Shown in pieces: positions 29,892 to 40,507 of a stretch of DNA of 64,000 nucleotides. The stretch's first letter is position 1. Each line of letters starts with the position of its first letter. Source of the stretch: Cenarchaeum sp. (GTDB taxonomy: Archaea; Thermoproteota; Nitrososphaeria; Nitrososphaerales; Nitrosopumilaceae); NCBI GenBank assembly GCA_965206845.1, contig OZ242221.1:1376001-1440000 (forward strand), written 5' to 3'. Under the pieces are notes generated by a model, which saw only the letters and a program-made list of their open reading frames with translations, was not told the DNA's origin and did no database searches. The position numbers and the translations under genes are program-made.

Positions 29892-30297
29892 GTAAGCTAA
29901 TAGCTCGCTATTCTGCATTTATCGACAAAGGATCTTACAGTATACAAAATAGATAAAAGAATTTGACAATTGGTAGTATGAGGCAAGATCCGCCTTCATT
30001 TAGACACAAAATTGCGCATCCGGACAAGTTTTTACGCCTGACTCTGCATGGTGGGCGGCCTAGCGTAACTGTGCAGTCCCTGCGGGCCTGTATCTGCGGA
30101 TTCTTCCATGTGGCGGACTCTGCCTGCCGGAATGAATGGGGATATTGGTTCTGCAATCTTTGAGGACAAGGGTCATACGCGGAATGTGGCCGGCAAGGAC
30201 AAGCTGGGCCAGCCGGAGGATCCGGCCAGGTTCAGCATGTCCTCATGGACTGTAATGCGTATTGCATGCGCGCCTGTCTGCTTTGGCCTGGGGCCTC

Positions 30298-30507
30298 CTA
30301 GTCCCACTCGTCCAGCGTTCCGGGGGATTGGCCCTTTGCCCCCTTTGCATAGTCGCCTAGGATGTCCGAGTACGTCGAGTTCTTGTGCGCTACGTACCTG
30401 ACGTACTCACCGTAGCCCATATCAAAGTCGCAGCTGTCGCACTTTACAGACACAAAGCCTGGCGACAGCTCCGCGGCGCCTTTGCACTGGGGACACCTTA
30501 TCTTCAT
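30298..30507 (-). CDS. Small zinc-ribbon protein
   Basis: CPQC...CDSC. Confidence 0.75.
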   Translation of the reverse strand: MKIRCPQCKGAAELSPGFVSVKCDSCDFDMGYGEYVRYVAHKNSTYSDILGDYAKGAKGQSPGTLDEWD

Positions 30508-30619
30508 GCGCCTCTATGGTTTGCCGTAGTTATTATTAGTTGGCACCGGCCGGCTCTACATCCAGGCTGCCGCAGACGCCAAACCTGTGGTGTCGCCGGG
30601 CATGGCCTCTGGCTGGTAA

Positions 30620-30640
30620 ATGAAAAAGAAAAAGAAAAGA
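30620..30640 (-). terminator. T-rich terminator after amoC
   Basis: Poly-T tracts on the minus strand just downstream of the amoC stop. Confidence 0.55.
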
Positions 30641-30653
30641 CGCTTTTGCGCAT

Positions 30654-31217
30654 CTAGGGTATTGCGCGGCTGTACAGCTTGCCTTCAAGGGCCATCTTGT
30701 ACATCTCTGCAACGTACGGGTTCTCACCGGGTGTCTCTGCGCCAAGTTCGACCAGTCTCGCATACACCCTTACGACGTACGCGAGTGCGCCCATAAAGGC
30801 CACGACTACACCCATGTTGAACATCCAGTGGTTTGGTACCGCGAAGATCTCTTCCACGAACCAAAAGTGCCACATCTCATTGATGCCTATGGTGAACATG
30901 GTCGCAAGATAACCAAGGATGGTCATCTTCAGTCCCGTGTTCATCGAGTTGTTCGGGCCTCTGAGTACTGGCACCCTTCGATCGTAGATTGCGACCGAGC
31001 CCCAGCCCAGTGGCAGTGCTACAAAGTGGGAGTATAGCCACCAGTGTGCAGGAGTAAACGCGCTGTCTCTTATGGATGTCTGGTGCAGGGAACCGTCGAC
31101 AAAGTTGTCTACCTCGACCGACGCTGCAGTTGATCCCATTGCGATGACGATGAGCCAGATCTTCTTGAGTCTCTGGATCTCGACCTCTTTTGGGATTAGA
31201 GCGGGCATTTGTGCCAT
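30654..31217 (-). CDS. amoC: Ammonia monooxygenase subunit C
   Basis: MAQMPALIPKEVEIQRLKK...DGSLHQT...FTPAHWW...NEMWH: canonical archaeal AmoC. Confidence 0.97.
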   Translation of the reverse strand: MAQMPALIPKEVEIQRLKKIWLIVIAMGSTAASVEVDNFVDGSLHQTSIRDSAFTPAHWWLYSHFVALPLGWGSVAIYDRRVPVLRGPNNSMNTGLKMTILGYLATMFTIGINEMWHFWFVEEIFAVPNHWMFNMGVVVAFMGALAYVVRVYARLVELGAETPGENPYVAEMYKMALEGKLYSRAIP

Positions 31218-31240
31218 GTGTGCACTACGGCGTGATCCGA

Positions 31241-31248
31241 ATATAAAG
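31241..31248 (-). promoter_or_regulatory. TATA box of amoC (leaderless geometry)
   Basis: TTTATA about 25 nt upstream of the ATG. Confidence 0.6.
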
Positions 31249-31762
31249 CAGTAGCTGGTTCTGGACAGGACTTGGTGCCTTATTCTTACATGGTTTATCG
31301 CAGTATATGCTGTATCTTACAAAAACATGTGACTACAAACAAAAAATTGTGACTTGGTGCATGTCGTTCTCGTTGTTTAACATCGATGATAATCATGCAG
31401 TTGTCGGCGTGCCTGTGGGCAGCGTTCCGCGGCATGCCATGTGTGCTAGACTGTGTTCAGTTCATGGCCTCCCAGTGACTTGTTGGGATTTTTGACCTGT
31501 CCAGGAAGAGCCGAAGGCAAATAGATAGGGAGGGCCAGCAGCAGAGCGGGGATGGTGTAAAGCGCCACCAGACAAAAAGCTAGGCATGGTGGCTGATTCT
31601 TCGTGTTTGGTGATCGTGGTCATACGGAACACCATGTGGCACCAATGGTGCAAAAGCGCGGGCTGGCCGTCATGCTAGGCTGCTCCGGCCTGGTTCTGGC
31701 AGCCAATACCAAACCGACATTCACGTAAAAAAATAAAAGGGCCGATAGTTCATAATCAGACG

Positions 31763-32032
31763 TTGTCCAGAACATGCACAAAATGCAAGACAGAGATACC
31801 AGATGGCGAACAGCTGGACGAGATAGCAGCAAAGTACCCGTGCTGCAACAAATGCTGGGCCGCGTGGAAGGAGTACCGGGTCATGGTAATGAACGAGATG
31901 CGGCTGGACATGTCCATGCCGGATCACCGCAAGGTAGTCAAGAGGAACGAAAAGATCTTTGTAGGCGTGTTGACGCCAGAAGGAGACATCATAGACTACG
32001 CCAACGAGGACAACCGCAATCCGGACGCCTAG
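31763..32032 (+). CDS. Fe(II)-trafficking (YggX-like) small Cys protein
   Basis: CWAAWKEYRVMVMNEMRLDM resembles YggX. Confidence 0.7.
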   Translation: MSRTCTKCKTEIPDGEQLDEIAAKYPCCNKCWAAWKEYRVMVMNEMRLDMSMPDHRKVVKRNEKIFVGVLTPEGDIIDYANEDNRNPDA

Positions 32033-32127
32033 CATGCCTGGCGCGCACCCGGACTTTAGAAAGCAGCCTTGACGTATGCAGATATGTTGCCAGGGTATGA
32101 CGTCCTGCCAGAAGTGATGCGGCGCCG

Positions 32128-32628
32128 CTATACTCCCAGGCGCGTCCTTGCGCTGTCGGGAATTATTAGCAGTATCCTTCTCTTGGCCCCTGGGTCCAGT
32201 CCGGCGACTATGTCCCTGACGGTTCCGGCTATGGTGTCTCTCTCCCCGGGCTTGAGCATGCCGTATATCTCCAGTATGCCGTCTAGGTTGAACCGGATGA
32301 GCGCCTGCGGATCCTTGGCTGCGGCGTCGATGTACCTGGCAAAGATCTGCCGCCTCTGATCCTCTGAGAGCGTGCAGAGCACCTCAAGCCACGTCTGAAA
32401 CAGCCTGGCAAAGTTGGGAAACGGTATGGTGGGGCCCGCCTCCAGCGCGTTGCCGACTATCTCGTCCTTCTCTGCCTCTGACATTCCAAAGAACTCCAGC
32501 AGCCTCCTCCTCAACATCGGCCTTCTGAGAAAGTCCGGAAGGCTGGCAAGGTTCACTATGATGTTGCCCGCGTAGTTTTGGCCTTCCAATGCAGAGTCCC
32601 CGGGCACGTTCGAAATAAACTCTGGCAT
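32128..32628 (-). CDS. Hypothetical protein
   Basis: 166 aa coding-like ORF; no motif recognised. Confidence 0.7.
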   Translation of the reverse strand: MPEFISNVPGDSALEGQNYAGNIIVNLASLPDFLRRPMLRRRLLEFFGMSEAEKDEIVGNALEAGPTIPFPNFARLFQTWLEVLCTLSEDQRRQIFARYIDAAAKDPQALIRFNLDGILEIYGMLKPGERDTIAGTVRDIVAGLDPGAKRRILLIIPDSARTRLGV

Positions 32629-32652
32629 CTCTTTACGCTGCGGGCGGCAGCT

Positions 32653-33444
32653 CTAGTCCCGGAACCGCTCCTTGTTGTACTCGAACATCTCCAGGCCCCT
32701 CAGGCGCACGGCTCGGGATGCATTGCCCCTGACATAGAGATATGCGTCCTTTTCGTGGTGTACGTACAACGGCTTGCTTGCAGGGCGCACACTGATTATG
32801 CATATGGCCTTGCCCTCCCTCTCTGTGAATCCTATGTCGACCTTGTTTAGGACAAACACCCTGTCCTGCAGGATGCCTGTCAGGGTGTCGTAGATGTGGT
32901 TTGCAAATTTGTCATTGTAGTCTGCAAAGCTACCTATCTCCTTGTCTCTCTCCAGACCGGCGACTATGCCGTCGTCTCTTACCCCCAGGTACACGAATCC
33001 TCCGTCGCGGTCGTTGCCCAGTGAGCACACCGCAACGGCTATCCTCTCCCTGCCCGGCCGCTTCTTCTTCTCGATTATCTCCATTCTTTGGCCCTTTGGC
33101 ACCGAGGCCGGAATCTCCTCCATGCTCTTGTCATACTGGTAGAACTCCTTGAACTCGTTGTGTTTGTCCTCTGACTGCGGGATCAACATTTTGTCCAGAT
33201 CGGAGTGCGGCGGCATGTCGGTGATCCCGCCGTTGCCATGCGCATCGGCATCGAGAATCCTCTTGACGCGGCCGATGTGGCCACCGTCCAGCTCTACCTT
33301 GATGCCGTGGGGATGGAACTTGGAGGACGTCAGGATCCTTTTGACTGTGCCGGTGGTTAGCCTGCCGGTTCCTTGGTTCCGCTTTGTCTCTATGCCGACC
33401 TTCTGCTCCTTCCTGATGTCAGAGTTGTTTCTGCCGTCTGTCAA
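32653..33444 (-). CDS. YwbE/DUF2196 domain fused to Schlafen AlbA_2-like domain
   Basis: ILTSSKFHPHGIKVEL..G.IGRV, then EDKHNEFKE...GNDRDGGFVYLGVRDDG. Confidence 0.8.
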   Translation of the reverse strand: MTDGRNNSDIRKEQKVGIETKRNQGTGRLTTGTVKRILTSSKFHPHGIKVELDGGHIGRVKRILDADAHGNGGITDMPPHSDLDKMLIPQSEDKHNEFKEFYQYDKSMEEIPASVPKGQRMEIIEKKKRPGRERIAVAVCSLGNDRDGGFVYLGVRDDGIVAGLERDKEIGSFADYNDKFANHIYDTLTGILQDRVFVLNKVDIGFTEREGKAICIISVRPASKPLYVHHEKDAYLYVRGNASRAVRLRGLEMFEYNKERFRD

Positions 33445-33547
33445 GCATGTGGCGCTATGGCGATAGGATACAAAAGCGTATTTGTCGGCGCGGATCTTCC
33501 TGCCCTGATCGATTCAGCTTAAATAAACGGCAATCTGCCCGTATGGC

Positions 33548-34555
33548 ATGCCTTGTACCGTTGTCGTGGGCGGATTCTTTGGTGACGAGGGAAAGGGAAA
33601 GATCATCTCGTATCTTGCGCTGCAGGACAAGCCCGACATAGTGGTGAGGGGCGGCGCCGGCCCCAACGCGGGGCACACCATAAGGGACGGCTCCCGAACC
33701 TACAAGGTGAGGATGCTGCCCAGCGGGTTTCTCAGCGCCTCTTCCCGTGTCATGGTGGGGCCAGGCGTGGTGGTGGACCCGCAGGTGTTCCTCGGGGAGG
33801 TGAGTGACTTTGGCGTGCAGGGCAGGGCGTTTGTTGACCGGAACGCAGGCATCATCGAGGACGAGCACAGGCGCCAGGACTCACAGGGCAGGCTGCAAAA
33901 GAAGATTGGAAGCACCGGATCGGGCACGGGGCCGGCAAACGCCGCCCGGGCGATGAGGACGCTGGGGCTGGCGCGGGATCGCGACGGGCTGTCGGCGTAC
34001 ATCGTGGACGTTCCAGCCGAGGTCAACTCGGCGCTGGATTTGGGACGCGGCGTGCTGGTGGAGGGGACACAGGGCACGTTTCTGTCCCTGTGGCACGGAA
34101 CGTACCCATTTGTGACCTCCAAGGACGTGACCGCCTCGGGCATTTGTGCAGACATAGGCCTGGGCCCCACGCGCGTCGACGAGGTCATGGTTGTGTTCAA
34201 GTCGTACGTTACGCGGGTGGGTACGGGCCCGCTCGCCGGAGAGATGGACGCAGGCTCCGTCGCCGAGAGGGGCTGGGGCGAGTTCGGCACGGTAACGGGT
34301 AGGCCGCGGCGAGCGGCAGACTTTGACTTTGACCTTGCGGCAAGGGCCGTGATGCTCAACGGCGCGACACAGCTTGCTATCACAAAGCTGGACACCAGGT
34401 TTCCAGAGTGCGCCGGCGTGACCTCGTATGACGGGCTGACACCGGAGGCCCGCTCATTCATCGATGCCGTGGAGAAACGACTGGGGGTTCCGGTCGTCCT
34501 GATAGGCACGGGCCCCATGGTCGAGCAGGTCGTGGACCGGCGCGTTGATGCATGA
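33548..34555 (+). CDS. purA: Adenylosuccinate synthetase
   Basis: GDEGKGK, EGTQG and GTVTGRPRR. Confidence 0.95.
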   Translation: MPCTVVVGGFFGDEGKGKIISYLALQDKPDIVVRGGAGPNAGHTIRDGSRTYKVRMLPSGFLSASSRVMVGPGVVVDPQVFLGEVSDFGVQGRAFVDRNAGIIEDEHRRQDSQGRLQKKIGSTGSGTGPANAARAMRTLGLARDRDGLSAYIVDVPAEVNSALDLGRGVLVEGTQGTFLSLWHGTYPFVTSKDVTASGICADIGLGPTRVDEVMVVFKSYVTRVGTGPLAGEMDAGSVAERGWGEFGTVTGRPRRAADFDFDLAARAVMLNGATQLAITKLDTRFPECAGVTSYDGLTPEARSFIDAVEKRLGVPVVLIGTGPMVEQVVDRRVDA

Positions 34556-35070
34556 AGGACAGACCACCTTCTGCCAAAAGGGTGTCAAAGCTGCCGGCAT
34601 TCATCCATGCAACTGCCTTCTTCTCCGGCAGAGGCCAGTCACCGGTCAAATGCTGGCCGTATGCAGGATCGGCGCCATGCGCATGACAGGAGACGTTATG
34701 GAACCACTGAGTGTCCAGACCGTGCCGGCTCAGGATTGCTCCAGGCTGGCTATTTGTGAACTGGGCCCAATGGCCTGCATGATGCCGGCGGATCGTGTGT
34801 TCCTTTAGACAGGTGCCGCCCGGATCATGAGGTATGGCAGGGAAGCATTCCAGATGCCAGCCGTCGGGCCCTCAAGATCGGTTCATCTGCGCTGTTGGAG
34901 CTTGGCCGGGCATCCCCTGACGCTACGGGCGGTGCTATGCTACCTGCTGTGGATTCGGATATTCCCGCAGGCTGGGATGGCTCAAAGCTCACGCAGGATA
35001 TGGAGGACTCTGGCCAAGTCCAGATAATGCGGCGGAGCCAAGCGTTCCGCCAACCAGCATGGGCGCAAGA

Positions 35071-35508
35071 CTAGATTTTTGACCTGACAAAATCATAATC
35101 ATAACAGGTAACCTCCAGCTTGTTTCCGTCAGGATCGTCAAAGTAAACTGAATATGATATATCGTGATCTACCAAATCCTCTTTAGCGGTTTTATGCTTT
35201 AGGTAAAACACATCCATGCTGTCTAAACGGTTAATAAAACCTACAAATTTCTCTCCGGAAGCTCTAAAGGCCATCCGGTTGATGGATCCGTCGTTCTCTT
35301 TTGTACCATTTATCAAAGCAATCTTGACTGACCTGTCTTTGTTTCCAATGAACAAGGGGCCAATCTTTGACCATATGTCCATTTCCGTAATTGGGATTAA
35401 CCCAAAAACATGTTCATACCATTTTGCGGCTTTGATCCTGTCCCTCACAAAAACCTCAATGTGATCGATATCATCTATGGAAAAATCAGTCATAACATTC
35501 CCCGCCAT
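35071..35508 (-). CDS. VOC/glyoxalase family protein (AT-rich)
   Basis: IDHIEVFV and YFDDPDGNKLE. Confidence 0.85.
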   Translation of the reverse strand: MAGNVMTDFSIDDIDHIEVFVRDRIKAAKWYEHVFGLIPITEMDIWSKIGPLFIGNKDRSVKIALINGTKENDGSINRMAFRASGEKFVGFINRLDSMDVFYLKHKTAKEDLVDHDISYSVYFDDPDGNKLEVTCYDYDFVRSKI

Positions 35509-35944
35509 TTTGTGGATGGCGCTTTTTTCGAAAACCTAGCATAGTCGCAAACAATCAAACTGGTTTAGCCTTAATAACAGCATCGGCATGGTGCCGCTTG
35601 CCGCACGGGATCTGGCGCGAAGATTCTTCCAAATGCGCACACGCATACCTGAATGAAGGATGTGGCCTCATATACAGATCACTCCTGCGGGGCGGGTTCC
35701 GGGAACAGGCATGGCATCAGGCGGGAAATGCGGCCGCGTCCGGTACCGGCAGCCACTGGAGATCGGCACGGCCCGTATGAACATAACCGGTGCGGAACCC
35801 GGACCGCGCGGACAGCCGTACCTAGGCTGGCCGCCGGGATGTCATACCTGTAGGATGCTGGATGCGGGGGGCGTGATGCCAGGAGTTCCCACAGGGCAGC
35901 TTTTTCGGGTTAGGTTTAATTTGTCTGCGCGTGCCCGTACCCGT

Positions 35945-36607
35945 ATGGTCGGCAGTCCCAGATACGTGGAGTTGGAGTCGCGCCTTGACTTCTCCCGCTT
36001 GGTGTGCGCGCTGGAGGCCGCCCCCAGGATATCATTTCTGCACGAGCATATGGGCAGAATGGTCATGTCGGCGCATCTTGATGTGCTGGTGGACAGGCCG
36101 GTAGTCTACTACACCCCGGTGGAGCAGACTGGCCGGTACCTTTCCTACGGAATCAGGGGGGGCCGGGAGGAGACAGACATCGTGGACTCGATATCTGACA
36201 GGTCAAAGATGTACTCCCCGCTCATCAGGATAAAGTCACTCCCGGAGAGCCTGAGGCCGGGGAAGGGGGATGATGACAGGTATATGCGCCTTGAGCTAGA
36301 GGACTTGGACAGCCTTGCAAAGCTCAGCTACGGCGCCGAGAACTCGCTTCCGCTGTTCCTGTTTCCCGAAGGCAATGGGTGGTACTTGGGGGCGTTCATG
36401 AACTTTGGCGAGGATGACGACGATGCGTACTTTTGCTATGTTTCACTTGGTGAGGATCCCAAGAAGCCGTTCCTTAAGCATTCGGCCAACAACGGCGCCG
36501 AGCCGTCGTTTGTTGACAGTCCTGCGGATCACGGCTACTCCTACGTCAAGATCATAAGGTTGAGGGACGCGCACCCGCTGATCGAGCATGTCAAGCTTCA
36601 AAACTAG
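35945..36607 (+). CDS. Hypothetical protein upstream of pyrF
   Basis: Coding-like from ATG 35945 with a TTTAAT box upstream; overlaps pyrF. Confidence 0.7.
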   Translation: MVGSPRYVELESRLDFSRLVCALEAAPRISFLHEHMGRMVMSAHLDVLVDRPVVYYTPVEQTGRYLSYGIRGGREETDIVDSISDRSKMYSPLIRIKSLPESLRPGKGDDDRYMRLELEDLDSLAKLSYGAENSLPLFLFPEGNGWYLGAFMNFGEDDDDAYFCYVSLGEDPKKPFLKHSANNGAEPSFVDSPADHGYSYVKIIRLRDAHPLIEHVKLQN

Positions 36608-37313
36608 GCTGAGCCGGGCCGCGGGGCGCGGCGGGCGCATAATTCTTGCATGTGACTACGCTGCTGGCGCCGAAACCCGTGCGGTAGGGGACATAGGGCT
36701 GCTCTCAGATCATATCTGCGGGATAAAGCTGAATCTTCACCTGCTGCTCCCTCTGGGGGCGGGTGACGTGGCCAGGATAACCCGGAAGGCGCACGACTGC
36801 GGACTTGAGTGCATCGCCGACATCAAGCTCAACGACATCGGCAGCACGAACCGCGTCGCGCTGCAGGCGCTGTGGGGCATGGGCTTTGATGCCGTAATAG
36901 CAAACCCCATCATGGGCGCAGCAAGCCTGAAGGATGTGGCGGATCTCTCCCATGACGGCGGGCGCGGCGTCATATCCCTGTGCCATATGAGCGCGCCTCA
37001 GGCCGCTGGCATGTACGAGATGGACGTGCGCCACGATGGCCGCCTGGTGCCGCTGTATCGCGCGTTTCTTGATGTGGCAGCATCCTGCCGGGTCGACGGC
37101 ATCGTCGTGGGTGCCACGTTCCCGGAGATGATCCGTACCTGCAAGGAGTCGTACCCGGACCTGCCGGTCTTCTCGCCCGGCGTGGGCATCCAGGGCGGTA
37201 GCGCCGGAGATGCAGTGTCTGCCGGCTCGGACTACTTGATTGTGGGCAGGAGCATCCTGGAGTCAGACGATCCTGTTAGGGCTGCTGCGGAACTAAGGGC
37301 CCAGAGTCTCTGA
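36588..37313 (+). CDS. pyrF: Orotidine 5'-phosphate decarboxylase
   Basis: DIKLNDIGST, SPGVGIQGG and IVGRSI. Confidence 0.93.
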   Translation: MSSFKTRLSRAAGRGGRIILACDYAAGAETRAVGDIGLLSDHICGIKLNLHLLLPLGAGDVARITRKAHDCGLECIADIKLNDIGSTNRVALQALWGMGFDAVIANPIMGAASLKDVADLSHDGGRGVISLCHMSAPQAAGMYEMDVRHDGRLVPLYRAFLDVAASCRVDGIVVGATFPEMIRTCKESYPDLPVFSPGVGIQGGSAGDAVSAGSDYLIVGRSILESDDPVRAAAELRAQSL

Positions 37314-37721
37314 GAGATGGGCAACTGCCTTGCTCAGGGTGTTTCTTGCGTTGTCATATGTTGTCTTCTTGACTGCGCCCTCAAAGTCCAGCCAGACGTA
37401 CCCGGTGTGCTCGTGGGAGATGGTTACCTTCTTGGTGCGCGACTCGGCCAGAAAGAAGATCACCCTCTTGTGGATTGTCCTGCTGCCTCGTGTAAAATCG
37501 TACCTGATGACCTCCTGGAACCCGTTGACAAACTGCAGGTCGCGTATACCGGTCTCCTCCCGGGCCTCCCTTATTACGGTCTGGCGGGGCGTCTCGCCCT
37601 TCTCCATCTTGCCCTTGACGAGATCCCAGTGTCCTGCCGGGTAGTGCAGCAGCAGGTACACCAGCCCGCCCTGCTCCTTCCTGAAGATTACCGTTCCTGC
37701 CGATACAGTCAGTGCCGTCAC
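37293..37721 (-). CDS. NUDIX hydrolase (Ap4A hydrolase-like)
   Basis: KGKMEKGET...REAREETG Nudix box. Confidence 0.88.
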   Translation of the reverse strand: MTALTVSAGTVIFRKEQGGLVYLLLHYPAGHWDLVKGKMEKGETPRQTVIREAREETGIRDLQFVNGFQEVIRYDFTRGSRTIHKRVIFFLAESRTKKVTISHEHTGYVWLDFEGAVKKTTYDNARNTLSKAVAHLSETLGP

Positions 37722-38500
37722 CTGCCCAGCCTGCGCCTGCGCTTCTGGTATGTCCGTATGGCCCTCATGAGATCGATCTTCCTGAACTCGGGCCAGAAGA
37801 TATCTGTGAACATGAGCTCGCTGTAGGCGCTCTGCCAGAGGAGAAACCCGCTGAGCCGCTTCTCGCCGGAGGTCCGGAGTATCAGGTCGGGGGCCGCCTG
37901 GGGCAGGTGCGACGTGTACAGGTTGGACTCGATCTCCTCCTTGCTTATGTCGTCCACGCTCAGGTCCCCCCGCTGTATTTTGTTCCCTATCTTCCTTACT
38001 GCATCCACCAGCTCGTCCTGGCCCCCGTACGCCATGGCTATGTTGAGAAAGTGGTCGCTGTACTCCCTTGTGGCCTCATCGAGCCTGTCCAGCACGTCCC
38101 GGATCGACTGTGGGAGGAGCTCGAGCCTGCCCATGGCCTTTACCCTCATGCGGTTCCTGTGTATCCTGGGATCCCTGTACAGCTTCTCCAGCCGGGACCG
38201 GATTAGCTCGTAGAGGTGCTGCAGCTCCTCGTCATTGCGCGACAGGTTCTCAGCCGAGAGAGCGTACAGCGTGATTATCTTTATGTCAAACTCCTCGCAC
38301 CAGTCCAGGAGGTTCTCCACGGCGTCCGCCCCCCTCCAGTGGCCCGCCCTTGCCAGGGCAAAGTTCTTTTTTGCCCACCGCCTGTTGCCGTCAAGTATGA
38401 GCGCCACGTGGCCTGGCCTGTCGTCCCTCTTTATCTCGTTCTCCAGCCTGCGGGAGTACAGCCGGTACAGGCCGGGAAGGATAGATGTAAATCTGGTCAT
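37718..38500 (-). CDS. uppS: Polyprenyl diphosphate synthase
   Basis: ILDGNRRWA and RTSGEKRLSGFLLWQ. Confidence 0.93.
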   Translation of the reverse strand: MTRFTSILPGLYRLYSRRLENEIKRDDRPGHVALILDGNRRWAKKNFALARAGHWRGADAVENLLDWCEEFDIKIITLYALSAENLSRNDEELQHLYELIRSRLEKLYRDPRIHRNRMRVKAMGRLELLPQSIRDVLDRLDEATREYSDHFLNIAMAYGGQDELVDAVRKIGNKIQRGDLSVDDISKEEIESNLYTSHLPQAAPDLILRTSGEKRLSGFLLWQSAYSELMFTDIFWPEFRKIDLMRAIRTYQKRRRRLGR

Positions 38501-38872
38501 CTGATCTCCGGTATGTGTTCTAGCTCATGTGTACTTATCAGTTTTTGTTCTATGTGCGATTGTCTATTGTACGAAAATTAGGCCCACATAAGATCAGACG
38601 TAGCATAAAGGATTGCTTTGTCCTTCACTGATCAAGAGAAAGAGTGGTAAAACGACTGACTGCAGATGCCATACGATATGCAATAAGGTAGCACAAGAGG
38701 GACAAAAGTGTATTATAATGGCATCAGAACCACGTGCTACATCTAGGCATACTAGGAGGCTGCGTGCCGGGTAAGAGTCCCGGCTGGAATTACTTTATGA
38801 AAGCGATCTGACGTCTGAACATCTGTCATGTCCACTACGCTCATAACTCATACCTGAATCCACACATGTTGT

Positions 38873-40306
38873 CTATGGCAGCAATTCTACATTAAATCCA
38901 TAATCTCTACAGTTTGTGTAATGATGAATGATCTCTGACTCCCACCCACTTCCAATGTTTAACATATCCAGAGATATTTTGAACTTACGAACCGTATCGT
39001 AATACCTCACGTTTCTCTTAATCAACTCGTCTCTAAACTCTGGCTGTGCAAGCGAGTTGCTTTTTTTACAGTTGCATTTCTGGCAAGCCAGAACCAAGTT
39101 CCATACGCTGTCATCAAAGATGTATGACCACGGGATAAAGTGATCTACGTGTATGGAGTCCATCTCAAGCATGCTACAACAGTAAAAGCAGTGATTACTG
39201 TGCTGCAAGAGTACAGTTCTCGAATTTATCAAGGATCCTCTTTGTACATGAGCTGCCTCAATCTTTGCTACCAGTTTGGGTATTGTGTTGATCCTCTCTA
39301 GATACCTGGTCCATTCTACTAGAACTACTCTTAATAGCAAGCCATAATTTGCACTAAAAAATTCAAACGCCTCTGGCCTTAGGTAGATCTTCTTCTTGTT
39401 GTCATCATAATCATAAAAGAGCTTACGCTCCTCTGCACTGACGCCCACACGTATCTTTTGAAATTTGGGAACCACTAGTGATGTATTATTTCTAGCATGG
39501 CCGAAGACTTTCCTGAGTATTTTTTCCTCCGCTGTTTTTACATCCTCTTCCTTGAGAAGATCAAAGGAGTGAGGAGCATTCTCATCAAAAACATCTTGGA
39601 TTGTTTTGATTACCCACAGTCTGCTGTTTGTCTTAAAAGTCTGTTTTATCTTGAATATGCACTCCTGATGCCAGTAGTATCTTAGAAAACGGCTTGCGAG
39701 ATATTCGTAGGGTATGCTGCAATAGTCGGATGTACTGTGCGTGACATTGGTCTCGTGGCAATAGTCTAGAATGGCCCTGGCAAGTGCAAACTTGTATGTG
39801 CCGTCCTTGCGCCCACTCGTCAGTATAGACAAGAATGCTTGCCTCATTTCGGCATCAGAGGCGCGTCCCGTCGTGTCTGATTGGTGGGTTTGCACATGTG
39901 GTCTCTCCATGATGCTCATCTTCAGCTCATCCACTGGCGAGCCAGATGTCTGTGCAAGCCGCCATATTCCAAAACTACTGTTGCCTTTCCAGTCTTTTAG
40001 TAAACCGGCGTGTCTCAACTTAGATATTCGTCGTGATATGGCGGTGGGAAAGTCATTTGATGCTCTCTTTGGTCCCCACAGGCTGGGATGCATCTTCAGA
40101 CTTGCTGCTACGAATATGTTGAGATCTTTCTTGTTGTGCCATACAGACCTGTTACGATACTCCATCTGGGATGCATCTCCATTATATTTACGGCCTCGTT
40201 CTGCCTCGATCATACCTATAGTTTTGCCTTTTTGATTTAGTGCCTTCATTACAAGATCTGGTATTAATTCATACGGGATCCTGCTTGGCGTTCTTGCAAA
40301 TGCCAT
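38873..40306 (-). CDS. HNH endonuclease (AT-rich accessory gene)
   Basis: CFYC...HVDHFIPWS...NLVLACQKCNCKKS; central TYKFALARAI domain. Confidence 0.85.
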   Translation of the reverse strand: MAFARTPSRIPYELIPDLVMKALNQKGKTIGMIEAERGRKYNGDASQMEYRNRSVWHNKKDLNIFVAASLKMHPSLWGPKRASNDFPTAISRRISKLRHAGLLKDWKGNSSFGIWRLAQTSGSPVDELKMSIMERPHVQTHQSDTTGRASDAEMRQAFLSILTSGRKDGTYKFALARAILDYCHETNVTHSTSDYCSIPYEYLASRFLRYYWHQECIFKIKQTFKTNSRLWVIKTIQDVFDENAPHSFDLLKEEDVKTAEEKILRKVFGHARNNTSLVVPKFQKIRVGVSAEERKLFYDYDDNKKKIYLRPEAFEFFSANYGLLLRVVLVEWTRYLERINTIPKLVAKIEAAHVQRGSLINSRTVLLQHSNHCFYCCSMLEMDSIHVDHFIPWSYIFDDSVWNLVLACQKCNCKKSNSLAQPEFRDELIKRNVRYYDTVRKFKISLDMLNIGSGWESEIIHHYTNCRDYGFNVELLP

Positions 40307-40507
40307 ACATGTGTGTGGATTATCGGATTTAAAAAATAACTGGTGTATAGCTCAATGGACATACGCTGTCACAACTAAGTTTGAGATCACTTCATCGTGA
40401 TTTTGAGCACTATTGCTCACAAATTTAGTCGTAGTGGCACAGGTGCAGGCTTGTTATGGTCTCTGACTGCTATGCATGGGACTGTTGTATGAAATACATC
40501 TTCATAA

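Noticed and set aside
33700-34518. Long antisense ORFs over purA, valS, purB and others
   Set aside because: Shadow ORFs expected from GC-rich codon usage opposite well-supported genes.
35660-35944. Long N-terminal ORF extensions in the track (also rps11, rps17e, THUMP, 22560)
   Set aside because: Non-coding-like composition; TATA boxes point to downstream starts.
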